64,000 nt of DNA, taken from NCBI GenBank assembly GCA_963666315.2, contig CAXXHG010000046.1, positions 96,001-160,000 of the forward strand. The letters are read 5' to 3'. This document shows, piece by piece, positions 10,645 to 19,477 of this stretch. Every line of letters starts with the position of its first letter. Position 1 is the stretch's first letter. Source of the DNA: Candidatus Binatia bacterium (GTDB taxonomy: Bacteria > Desulfobacterota > Binatia > Bin18). The position numbers were made by a program, and so were the translations under genes. The notes beneath the pieces are model-generated. The model saw nothing but the letters and a program-made list of their open reading frames with translations. It searched no databases and was not told the DNA's origin.

Positions 10645-10852
10645 AACTGACTCCTTATAGGTTAGTTTGTTGTCTCGCTACTTAACACGAAAACAGAGAA
10701 CTTTCCATTTCCGCCCGTAGCGCCTACGTGCAAAGGCAAGACGGCTTGTGACGTTTGCGCACATCACTCACGACCTCGCCCACGTCACGAGGCCCTGAGT
10801 AGTTTAAGCAGGCGGAACAAATGGAGGCCGCGCAGAAGAAAGCCAAACGGAA

Positions 10853-10882
10853 ACCGCCCGGGGAGGAGGGGCCCCGGGCGGT
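10853..10882 (-). terminator. Putative intrinsic terminator
   Basis: ACCGCCCGGGG/CCCCGGGCGGT stem with a T-rich tail on the minus strand, downstream of the 10936 gene. Confidence 0.55.
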
Positions 10883-10935
10883 GAGTCGGCGCGCCTCTGC
10901 AGAGTCTGCGCCTTCACAGTGTAAACACGGTTGGG

Positions 10936-11780
10936 CTAGGGAACAAGTTCAAGCGTTGTCTCAGTGACATTCCCCCCTCCCCCGCTGACCGTGGACGCCC
11001 ACCAGCTCGCCGTGTTTCCCCATCCTCCGTTGACCGAGGACTGCCACCCGCTCGCCTCATTTAGATGTCCGCCGCTGACCGAGGATGATTTCCCACTCGC
11101 TGTGTTTTGGTCGCCTCCGCTGACCGAGGACTGCCACCCGCTCGCCGTGTTGCCGCCTCCTCCGCTCACCGAGGACCCGATCCCGCTCGCCGTGTTGCCG
11201 TATCCTCCGCTCACCGTGGAGTCGTACCCACTCGCCGTGTTCCAGCCGCCTCCGCTCACTGTGGCATGGTCCAATGTCGCCGTGTTTTGCCGTCCTCCGC
11301 TCACCGTGGACGCGAAACCGCTCGCGACATTAACTTGGCCCCCGATTATTGCGGCACCGAACCCGGTGATCGTGTTACTGTCGCCAGTCACAAGACCGCT
11401 GCGATTCGTGTAGGTGTGGTACGCCCCAACAATCACATTATGGGAGCCCGTCTTTTCGCTGCCATCTTTGTGGTCTTCATTATAGCCGACAATAAGATTG
11501 CCGAGGCCATTTGGCACCGTGTTGTATTGTGTGGAATCCCCGGTCCCGTCTTGTACATGCAAATTACACCCATCAACGTACAGGCCATTCCCGGCTTGAT
11601 AGAGGCAGTCCATCGCGTCTTGTTTGGTCTCCACCTCGGCCTTTAACGCTGTCACTTCCGATTGCAGCGCTCCGAACCGAGCCTCAAGGTTTTCCTGGCT
11701 CTGCCGTCGTGAGCCGCCACGTTCCCGGCGCTACCCATCATGGTTATCATCGCTATCGCCGACAGAGTTCGCTTCATCAT
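10936..11780 (-). pseudogene. Secreted repeat protein (14-aa NTASGxxSSVSGG repeats, adhesin-head/beta-helix-like), frameshifted near 11700
   Basis: RBS AGGAGG + ATG 11780 signal peptide in one frame; ENLEARFGALQSEVTALK and about 9 tandem 42-bp repeats in another frame. Confidence 0.75.
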
Positions 11781-11847
11781 GGGGTCCTCCTGATACCGCC
11801 CAGTAAATTGCTGTGTGTCACAGTGTGGGCGGGATACGAAGGAATAG

Positions 11848-11864
11848 AGCACAACCCGTGCCAA
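11848..11864 (-). promoter_or_regulatory. Putative sigma-54 (-24/-12) promoter
   Basis: TTGGCACGGGTTGTGCT on minus strand about 70 bp upstream of ATG 11780; GG and GC correctly spaced. Confidence 0.55.
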
Positions 11865-12115
11865 CCGCTCAGGAATGAGCACGCTCTTTCTGTATTTCAA
11901 GTTATTTCAATATGTTATAGCGTCAAAGCACGGTGAAGGTAGGCAGACGGGTCCCCAGCGGTCTCATCCATCGAGACCGTTCTGATATATCGCTTTGATG
12001 AGTTATGGCGAAACGATATGGCCGCTTGAAGTCGCCAATCAGCGCGCCGGTAGGGGTATTTCGATAGTCGTGTGGGGAGCCGGCGGCCTCCACTGCCAAG
12101 ACGCCCGAGTCCTCA

Positions 12116-12745
12116 TTGAGGTGCGACTCGCCAAAGTATCTAGAAAAGAAGAAGGCGAAATATCATTTGGACAGACAGTCCCGAAGAGCACAATGTCTCA
12201 CCGCCGGTTCTAAGAACCAGGAAGTGTGTTTCCGTACTGACAGGTTAGGATTGAACATCAACTGTTCAGGCGTCGGCTATGGGCGGATTTGTAGCCACCT
12301 TCCTGGCCTGGACGGCTATCTCCGGGGATTTACCGTCAATGAGAGACGACTCAAGCTGTCGCCCGAGCATCAGGCAATGTGTCGTGGGTGGCTACGGCTC
12401 GCAAATGACGAGAACGAGTCGATGCATTGGCTATCGATCTACGACGTGATCATCAAAAAATTGCGCGGTGGAAAGGCGATTCCGGAGCTGGTTTTTTCAA
12501 TGGCACACTTTCCTGCTCACTGGTCAGCCCGGATTTACGAAGACATTTATCCGGGCCGGAAGGAGAAAAGCGCCGCGGAGAAGAGCGGTATGGGCAGAAT
12601 GCCACTGTACCTGTGCGCTTTGTGCGACCTAGCTGAGGAGGGTAAGGTGGAAGGGATACTCGATCACGAAGGAGGATACCGTTGGCGCCGCATCTTACAG
12701 CGAGACCAAAGGCGACCCGAAGTCGTCAAGGGTGAACTCACCTAG
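12116..12745 (+). CDS. Hypothetical protein
   Basis: 209-aa ORF, start uncertain, no recognised motif. Confidence 0.35.
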   Translation: MRCDSPKYLEKKKAKYHLDRQSRRAQCLTAGSKNQEVCFRTDRLGLNINCSGVGYGRICSHLPGLDGYLRGFTVNERRLKLSPEHQAMCRGWLRLANDENESMHWLSIYDVIIKKLRGGKAIPELVFSMAHFPAHWSARIYEDIYPGRKEKSAAEKSGMGRMPLYLCALCDLAEEGKVEGILDHEGGYRWRRILQRDQRRPEVVKGELT

Positions 12746-12808
12746 AAACGTGGGCTTGTTTTGAAGAGCGTAGGTATGGAAGGGAACCGCATGGAAGATC
12801 GATTGTTC

Positions 12809-12862
12809 CACATCATGCACATCATGCACATCATGCACATCATGCACATCATGCACATCATG
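12809..12862. repeat. Perfect 9-bp tandem repeat (CACATCATG)x6
   Basis: Directly visible. Confidence 0.95.
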
Positions 12863-13017
12863 CATGAAAGAAAGTGAATGGAGGTTAGAGTTTTGACGGT
12901 GCGGATACTCGGAAATATTTGGAAACGAACAATGCCTAACAAGAAGAAAAGAGGAGAGAGCATTATGAAGTGGGAATGGACGCTGAAGTCAGCATGTACA
13001 TTCTCGTGTCTGAGTAA

Positions 13018-13200
13018 TCACGCAGCCGACTGACACAGACTATTTTCCAAAATATGGCGGATGGTCGAGGCGTACCATGTTCGCCCGTTCTTCGTCGGCA
13101 CCTTGCGGGTGTTGAGTGTCCCAGCAATCTGCCGCAAGGTATGCCCCTCCTGGCGTTGTTGCCGTATCCATTCAACCGTCTTTAGCTGGCCAGCACCAGC
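13018..13200 (-). pseudogene. Serine recombinase C-terminal (recombinase domain) fragment
   Basis: RQEGHTLRQIAGTLNTRKVPTKNGRTWYASTIRHIL. Confidence 0.7.
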
Positions 13201-13228
13201 CCTGAATTGACGGTTCGCCTGCAAGGAC

Positions 13229-13801
13229 TCATTGGGTCTTCTGTCGCCATTCCCGTGCCATTTTCTGGGCCTCTGCCACCTGCGCAGGGCGGATCTTTGC
13301 TTCGACAGCAGCCCGACGTTTAACTGCCTGGCTGCGATCATATCCGGTTAAGTGCGCCGCGGCGAGATTATACCACTTGTGTGCCTGCACATAATCCTGC
13401 ACTACGCCCCGGCCGTTGTCGTACATGACTCCGAGGTTGTTCTGCGCCGAGGCCTGTCCTTGATCGGCGGCGAGCCGGTACCACTCCACGGCTGCCTCAT
13501 AATCCTGCACCACGCCCTGGCCGTTGTCGTACATGACTCCGAGGCTGTGCTGCGCCCCGGCCTGTCCTTGATCGGCGGCGAGTCGGAGCCACTTCCCGGC
13601 TGCCTCATAATCCTGCACCACGTCTTGACCGGCGTCGTACATGCCTCCGAGGTTGCTCTGCGCCTCGGAGGCACCTCGGGTGGCTTGCGCTCGAAGCGCG
13701 GCAATGTCATCAGCCTGATCACCGCAGCCCTGCGCCAGCATCAGGCTAAGCAGCAGCAGGAAAACCATACCCATTCGTCCTTGGTTCTGAAGATATTGCA
13801 T
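13229..13801 (-). CDS. Sel1-repeat (TPR-like) lipoprotein
   Basis: Lipobox-like LAQGC; three AQxxLGxMYxxGxGVxQDY repeats; AHKWYNLAAA. Confidence 0.9.
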   Translation of the reverse strand: MQYLQNQGRMGMVFLLLLSLMLAQGCGDQADDIAALRAQATRGASEAQSNLGGMYDAGQDVVQDYEAAGKWLRLAADQGQAGAQHSLGVMYDNGQGVVQDYEAAVEWYRLAADQGQASAQNNLGVMYDNGRGVVQDYVQAHKWYNLAAAHLTGYDRSQAVKRRAAVEAKIRPAQVAEAQKMAREWRQKTQ

Positions 13802-13852
13802 TTCTTACAGAGGCCTGCTCAAGGATACACAGCAGTCCATGTTGTCAAGCTG

Positions 13853-14206
13853 TTACATACACCGGCCGGTCACAAAATCGACCCCGCGGCCCTGACAGCG
13901 CATAATCGCTTGCCCCGGGTCCTGGCGGGGGAGCGAAAACGGCGGCGCCACATCATACGGACTCACTTGCCGTCCCTGGGATCCAGAACAATTCCTGGTC
14001 GCAAAATCGACCCCCAGACCGGCCGCACCACAGCTTGCCACCAGATCGCCATCCGTGGGGCTGGCGTGAGCGGGAGACACACCGGCGGGGGCGGAGTGAG
14101 CGGCGGTCCTCAGCGATCCGGTCCACAGTGAAAAATTACAAGACGAGCCCAACAGCAGCACTGGCCCACAAAGGATGGTTCCGAAGATGACACGCCTGCT
14201 CAGCAT
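13853..14206 (-). CDS. Small exported protein with a duplicated C...GVDF.T..C motif
   Basis: RBS GGAGGGG before ATG 14206; hydrophobic N-terminus ending LLLGSSC; CGAAGLGVDFATRNC and CQGRGVDFVTGRC. Confidence 0.5.
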   Translation of the reverse strand: MLSRRVIFGTILCGPVLLLGSSCNFSLWTGSLRTAAHSAPAGVSPAHASPTDGDLVASCGAAGLGVDFATRNCSGSQGRQVSPYDVAPPFSLPRQDPGQAIMRCQGRGVDFVTGRCM

Positions 14207-14368
14207 GCCCCTCCGTGCTCCACACTTTTTCCCGCTCACTCCTGACACCGCCGGATACTGGCCTGAGCTTTTATGCGGCCCGGGCGTACTGCCATGTACT
14301 CCTCCATCTACGTGAAACGACGTTCTCTCAGCCTCAACTACTTAACCCGAGGAAATATCGGTCACTGT

Positions 14369-14995
14369 CTACGTCTCAGCGAACTCAATCCTCAACGGCG
14401 TGCATTGCTGACCATTGGGTCTCTGGCCATCGATTTCTATATCATACGGACACGCCGAGACTGCAACTAAGCAGTCCATCAGAGCCCTGAGTGCAATATA
14501 TTCACCCGCTTGGGTTGCCGCAGGCCGACCATCAACGGACCCGTCGGCCCGCACGCGGGTATATTGGAACAGGTTAATCGGATCCGGCACATCAAGATAA
14601 CCAAGACCGTAAGGCTCCACGGCCAGGGTGAGATTGTCTCGACAATTACGATGGTTGACAGCTCCGGCAGCCACATATAAGGCGCTGCTGCACGGAGCAA
14701 AAAGGGCGTCGTGTACACCGTTCGCCTGATCCTCAACAATCTCGAACATGGGGTGCTGGAGGTTTGAGTAGAATTTACTGTTGACCGTAAAATGCATGGA
14801 ACCACTACCAATCAAAGTATTGAAGTTCACGGTTTCACCCGTAGAGAGTTTTTCTGCCAGGCTATGGAGGTGAAAACATACGAAATCGCAGATCTGCTGG
14901 CCCTCCACGTCGATAATCCGAATCGTTTCACCTTGCCGGACCACACAGGCTCCCCCTTCGGTTGCCGGAATAAGAATGTCTCGTTTGTCTGTCAT
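14369..14995 (-). CDS. DUF1989 / urea carboxylase-associated family protein
   Basis: IIDVEGQQICDF, HDALFAPC, NCRDNL, PDPINLF, AVSACP. Confidence 0.9.
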   Translation of the reverse strand: MTDKRDILIPATEGGACVVRQGETIRIIDVEGQQICDFVCFHLHSLAEKLSTGETVNFNTLIGSGSMHFTVNSKFYSNLQHPMFEIVEDQANGVHDALFAPCSSALYVAAGAVNHRNCRDNLTLAVEPYGLGYLDVPDPINLFQYTRVRADGSVDGRPAATQAGEYIALRALMDCLVAVSACPYDIEIDGQRPNGQQCTPLRIEFAET

Positions 14996-15170
14996 GGCTC
15001 AATCCTCCTGCCCCTTTTATTTTTTGCTGACGGTTCCCGATCACTGTCGAAAAGTTTTCATCTTTACGCAACCCCGGTCTTTTCCTTGACACTCGGCGCA
15101 AGACAGAGCTAGGGTCCGTCTCAAGGGGAGAGCTCACCTGAGTATCTCGCGAAAGGAGGAGGAGAAGACC

Positions 15171-16388
15171 ATGACTAGGGGAATGACCAAAAGTGGTTTT
15201 ATGGCAGCCCAGCTGCCGTTGTCCCAAGCCTCGACATTACCATCTCACTGTTACACATCACGCGAGTTTTATGAGCGAGAAGTCGAGCACATCTTCTTGA
15301 AAGAGTGGCTGTGCACCGGGCGGGTAGATCAGGTGGAGAAACCTGGAGATTTTTTTACATTGACTCTATTAGGAGAACGACTGATCGTCGTGCGCGATGA
15401 GGAAAATCAGGTCCGGGTATTATCGAATGTCTGCCGCCATCGCGCAACGCAAGTCGTCGAAGGACAGGGGAATCGGCGCACTTTTGAGTGTCCCTACCAT
15501 GGTTGGACGTACTCCTTGAAAGGAGAACTCATTGGCGCGCCTGAGATGCAACGGACCGACAACTTTGACAAAAACCAGTGTCAATTAGCCTCGCCCCGGG
15601 TCGAGACGTGGGAGGGGTTCATCTTTGTCAATTTTGATCAGCAGGCACAGCCGCTTGGGCCCAAGCTCACTCCCCTCTCCCAGCGATTGGAGCACTATCA
15701 TCTCAGTGAGATGCGGACCGTCAAAACGTTGGTGTATGAGAGCAACTGGAACTGGAAAATTATGGTTGAGAACTATATGGAGGCCTACCACGTTCTTGGC
15801 CTGCATAAGGGACCGCACGACGTGATGCCCGTCCATTCCGTCCATGATGCTTCGCCTCAGGCGTACAATATTACCAACACGGCGTATAACGGCGTGTTTG
15901 GGGTCATCTGGGGGGATTTTGCTACACCGGGCGCAACGTTTTATTCGCCGGGGGTGACGGGAGCCGAGTCCGGTAAGACCGAGTGGTTGCCTTCTCCTTT
16001 CCCGTTGATTGAGAGCTTATCCGCCGAAGAACGCCAGCGCGGCGACTTCGTTAATATCTATCCAACGCATCTCTTTACGCCGCTGCCTGACGGCATGTTT
16101 TACGGACAGATCTTGCCGCAGGCGGCCGACCGGATTACGTGGAGTCTGACACTGTGCTTTCCTCCGGCAGCCATGGAGATGCCAGACTTTGAGCAACAGC
16201 TCGAACAGGCGGTCGAAGGGCTCGAGTACATAAATAAGCAGGATATGTGGGCGTGTGCGTCGGTCCAGCAGGGGTTAGCTTCGCGCATGGTGCGGTCTGG
16301 ACGCTACTGCCACTTGGAAGAATGCATCCATCAGCTGGCTCAATACGTTATGGGCCGGATGCAAGACGAAGGACGTCTCACCCAATGA
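15171..16388 (+). CDS. Rieske non-heme iron oxygenase alpha subunit (choline/carnitine monooxygenase-like)
   Basis: CRH...CPYH Rieske motif; NWKIMVENYMEAYHVLGLH; QD..C..VQ.G. Confidence 0.92.
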   Translation: MTRGMTKSGFMAAQLPLSQASTLPSHCYTSREFYEREVEHIFLKEWLCTGRVDQVEKPGDFFTLTLLGERLIVVRDEENQVRVLSNVCRHRATQVVEGQGNRRTFECPYHGWTYSLKGELIGAPEMQRTDNFDKNQCQLASPRVETWEGFIFVNFDQQAQPLGPKLTPLSQRLEHYHLSEMRTVKTLVYESNWNWKIMVENYMEAYHVLGLHKGPHDVMPVHSVHDASPQAYNITNTAYNGVFGVIWGDFATPGATFYSPGVTGAESGKTEWLPSPFPLIESLSAEERQRGDFVNIYPTHLFTPLPDGMFYGQILPQAADRITWSLTLCFPPAAMEMPDFEQQLEQAVEGLEYINKQDMWACASVQQGLASRMVRSGRYCHLEECIHQLAQYVMGRMQDEGRLTQ

Positions 16389-16718
16389 ACCGCACGGCGG
16401 GCAGCACGTGCTTTTACCACTACCTTTTCCGCCTTTTGGAATAATGCTTCACTTTGCTGCCGGCGCGCCAGTTCCTCTTTGATGCTGTCAATATTCTGTC
16501 TGACAGCACCCGCTAGCGCACGCGGGAGCCGCTTCATTAGCAGGGGGTCCCAATGGCGGAGAAAAGAAAAATCATGAGTAGTCAGAGGGTCAACGCGTCG
16601 GCCCTGTGACTGCCCTTGGTGACTGTGAAGTGGCTGGGTGTGCTTTGCGGCGTTTGGAAATAAGAAAAGGTGGGAATTGATGGCAATTGATTTTTCACAG
16701 ACCCTCCCGTGTCCTCCG

Positions 16719-17060
16719 CTACTCGCACTTTTTCAGTCCCTTCTGAATAAGTCCGGACAAATTCGCCAGGGGTCTTCGTCCAGTTGCCGCAACGGTGCCC
16801 GCGAGTGCCTCGTAACATGTTGCGGTGTGATTTCCACAGGGAGGAATATGGAGCGCGGTAGCGTGTCCTTCGCGTAGGAGAACTTCATTAACAACAGTTG
16901 CGCCGACAATCACATAAGCCAGTGTACGGCCATATCGATCTTTCGCATTCTCCTCACAGTCATCAAGCGTGACGGTCTTTCCTTCAACAAGGGCGACATT
17001 ACGTGCTGTTGCCGCACCGAATCCCTTGTCTCCACGCTCAGGGGTATTGATAACCTGGAA
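16719..17060 (-). pseudogene. Thermonuclease (SNase) family fragment, N-terminus missing
   Basis: INTPE, KDRYGRTLAYV, VNEVLLREGHA. Confidence 0.75.
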
Positions 17061-17464
17061 TACCGCAGCGCGTTCTCGTAAACTCGACGCCCAAGCACGG
17101 TTTCTGGAAGAGAGAGTACCGGACGTCATTAGCCCTCTAGAAAGTCTCACCGCTGACGTTTGCCGTGTGGCATACCACGCTGCCAGGTATAGGTTTGCCT
17201 TTTGTCAGGTCGAGTCTGCCAGATAAACTTGCGGGGACGAGGAAGCGGCACCTTGAAGCGGAGGGGCTGAGTCAGAATACGCCGGTCACCTCAAGCCTCG
17301 CCAGGAGTCTCCGTTTTACTCTCGCGCCTGTTGTGAAAATTCGCGGGACTTTCACGGGAATTCGGGGGGAATGGAGAGGAATGGGGAGTAGTCACCGTGG
17401 CCCGTAACCCCTGTAGAATTAAAGCTTTTTGCCTCTTTTCGGGGGGTTACGAAACTCACGGTTT

Positions 17465-17488
17465 GTGTTTCCTTCAAACACCAGTGAT
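17465..17488. repeat. att core, right copy (contains yefM stop and yoeB codons 2-10)
   Basis: Identical to 9445-9468; preceded on the minus strand by the yoeB ATG at 17493. Confidence 0.85.
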
Positions 17489-17746
17489 CTCATTGAGTTC
17501 CTCAGGGGTAGGTGAGTATCCAGAACCCTTAACGTGGGTACGCAGGGGACTGGCAATCTGCCTCATCAGACTGCTATTCTGCAAAACATAGAGCGTTTCT
17601 TCCTCCCGCTCCCAGTCCTCCGCAACCACCACCACAAAATCGTCACCACCACGTCGTGTAACCTTGAGTGGAAGGTGCCGGTCCACTATTTGTTCAACAA
17701 AGGATTTTAAATGTTCTCTAAATTTGTTTACACTGACACTATCTAC
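17474..17746 (-). CDS. yefM: YefM/Phd antitoxin (expected start codon reads GTA; may be impaired)
   Basis: DSVSVNKFREHLKSFVEQIV...LKVTRR...EDWEREEETLYVLQNSSLM; TGTAC/TGTACA operator-like motif at 17764-17780. Confidence 0.8.
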   Translation of the reverse strand, partial: VDSVSVNKFREHLKSFVEQIVDRHLPLKVTRRGGDDFVVVVAEDWEREEETLYVLQNSSLMRQIASPLRTHVKGSGYSPTPEELNEITGV

Positions 17747-17912
17747 CTTGGCAGCCTTTTTGATGTACTGAATTTGTGTACATACTAGTCTGAGCACTTG
17801 GACAAAGCAATGCAACGTACCGGATGTGTCCGCATAGGTCGCACAGGCCACGCGACGATCATCTCATTTCGTCGGCTGTCGAAAAAATGCGGAGATCTTA
17901 TATTCTCAGGAC

Positions 17913-18737
17913 ATGAACGAACTGCAATCGCAATTCCGTAAAGACGGCGTCGTCTTCATTCAAGGCGCGCTCGACCGCAACACGCTGAAACTAGCCGAGG
18001 CAGCCTTTGACTGGACCTTCAATAATCCGGGGCCTGGCGCTGGGGACCTTCTCATCGGCACACCGGGTACGTTTTATCAGGACCAGGCGAACCCGGAGTG
18101 TTTCGATGCCTACCGTGAACTCTTACAGGACACCTGCATCCCTGATCTCGTAGCCGGGCTACAGGCGAGTGATAACGTATGGTTCTTGTATGAGCAGATC
18201 TGGTTTAAGGACGGTGGCAATACACGGCGTACACCCTGGCATCAGGATCTCCCCTATCTCCCCGTCGAGGGCGATGATCTCGGCGTTTTGTGGACGAACT
18301 TGGATCCGGTCACGCAGGATACGTCACTGGAACTCGTCCAAGGCTCGCACCGTGGCCCGCTATTTAATCCCACGGCCTTTAACCCGGACGACGTAAGCGC
18401 TGCTTTGTTCGACGAGGGAGTCCTGCCGCCCTTGCCGGATATCGAGGCGGCACCTCACGAGTGGCCCATCGTCTCGTGGGCGATGCAGCCCGGCGATGTC
18501 ATCATCTTCCATCCCGCCATGCTGCACGGTGGCGCGCCGACCTACGCAGGCCAGCGTCGCCGGACGCTGTCCGTCCGTTTTTTCGGCGATCATACTTTCT
18601 GCTCGGACCTACCCCACAAAGGCTTAGCCGACGTCGACGGACTCAAGCACGGCGGCGACCTGCATCCGCTGAAGAAAATGGCTACCGTTGCGCCAGGGAC
18701 GCCGTTTCGTCATCCCGATTTTCCCAAACTCAGATAA
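17913..18737 (+). CDS. Phytanoyl-CoA dioxygenase (PhyH) family Fe(II)/2OG oxygenase
   Basis: TPWHQD, GSH, PGDVIIFH...HG, RR. Confidence 0.92.
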   Translation: MNELQSQFRKDGVVFIQGALDRNTLKLAEAAFDWTFNNPGPGAGDLLIGTPGTFYQDQANPECFDAYRELLQDTCIPDLVAGLQASDNVWFLYEQIWFKDGGNTRRTPWHQDLPYLPVEGDDLGVLWTNLDPVTQDTSLELVQGSHRGPLFNPTAFNPDDVSAALFDEGVLPPLPDIEAAPHEWPIVSWAMQPGDVIIFHPAMLHGGAPTYAGQRRRTLSVRFFGDHTFCSDLPHKGLADVDGLKHGGDLHPLKKMATVAPGTPFRHPDFPKLR

Positions 18738-18750
18738 TTTGCGCAGGTCC

Positions 18751-19143
18751 CTACTCAATGACAGCGTCGGCCTCAATCTCAATAAGCAAATCCGGATGAG
18801 CCAGGCGACTGACTTCGACTGCAGTTGAAGCCGGACGGATGGTACCGAAGACCTCGGAATGCGCTTTCGCCAGCGCGTCGAGGTGATCCATAATATTCGT
18901 GGAAAAGATGCGGGTACGCACCACGTCTTTCATCGACGCCCCAGCCTGTTGCAAAGCCGCTTCAATCGTCTTAAGCGCCTGGGCTACCTGCGCGTACGGG
19001 TCGCCCACGCCGGCAACGCTGCCGTCGGGTTGAATCGCGGTGGAACCCGAGACGAAAACCATATTCCCGACTCTCACGGCCCGCGAGAAGCCAAAGGTCG
19101 GCTCAAACGGAGAACCAGAAGAAATATTTTTCCGAGTCGCCAT
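18751..19143 (-). CDS. RidA/YjgF family protein
   Basis: GFSRAVRVG, DVVRTR, RPAST, LIEIEADA. Confidence 0.92.
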   Translation of the reverse strand: MATRKNISSGSPFEPTFGFSRAVRVGNMVFVSGSTAIQPDGSVAGVGDPYAQVAQALKTIEAALQQAGASMKDVVRTRIFSTNIMDHLDALAKAHSEVFGTIRPASTAVEVSRLAHPDLLIEIEADAVIE

Positions 19144-19228
19144 ACCATACTCCTTTCATCATATTGACTGCGATGCGAAAGCCCACGGAGTCTGCGTTTA
19201 CCACAGCGGCCGTCTCTCCATCAAACAT

Positions 19229-19360
19229 CTATTCAAGGATGTAGCGTCGCAATCCTTCGATTGCCGACACCACCCCGGTATGGCGTCGCTGCCAATGCTC
19301 CAGAAACGCGGCAGATGTCATGCCAGGACGGCGGCGAAAAAACTCGGTGAATTTGATAGC
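19229..19360 (-). pseudogene. EthD-domain fragment
   Basis: IKFTEFFRRRPGMTSAAFLEHWQRRHTGVV..IEGLRRYI*, similar to the N-terminus of 51261-51932. Confidence 0.65.
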
Positions 19361-19477
19361 CAACGTTTCCCTCCTATTTAGAAAAACCCTATTGCGTAAT
19401 ACAAGTAACGTTACCGTGCCCAAACAAATTGTATTATGCAACTCCACTTCTCAAAACCGAAAGGCAGGATTCACACC

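Larger units (their letters stand above)
9445..17488. mobile_element. Decayed integrative element (~8 kb) inserted at the yefM-yoeB overlap
   Basis: Identical 24-bp direct repeat GTGTTTCCTTCAAACACCAGTGAT at 9445-9468 and 17465-17488; integrase remnant inside the left end; yefM and yoeB halves outside. Confidence 0.85.

Noticed and set aside
10960-11345. CRISPR-like periodic repeats
   Set aside because: The 42-bp period has codon-position variation and encodes NTASGxxSSVSGG protein repeats; no unique spacers or cas genes.
13352-14131. 259-aa plus-strand ORF and similar long antisense ORFs (e.g. 35094-35720, 6040-6600)
   Set aside because: Shadow frames of well-supported genes on the opposite strand.
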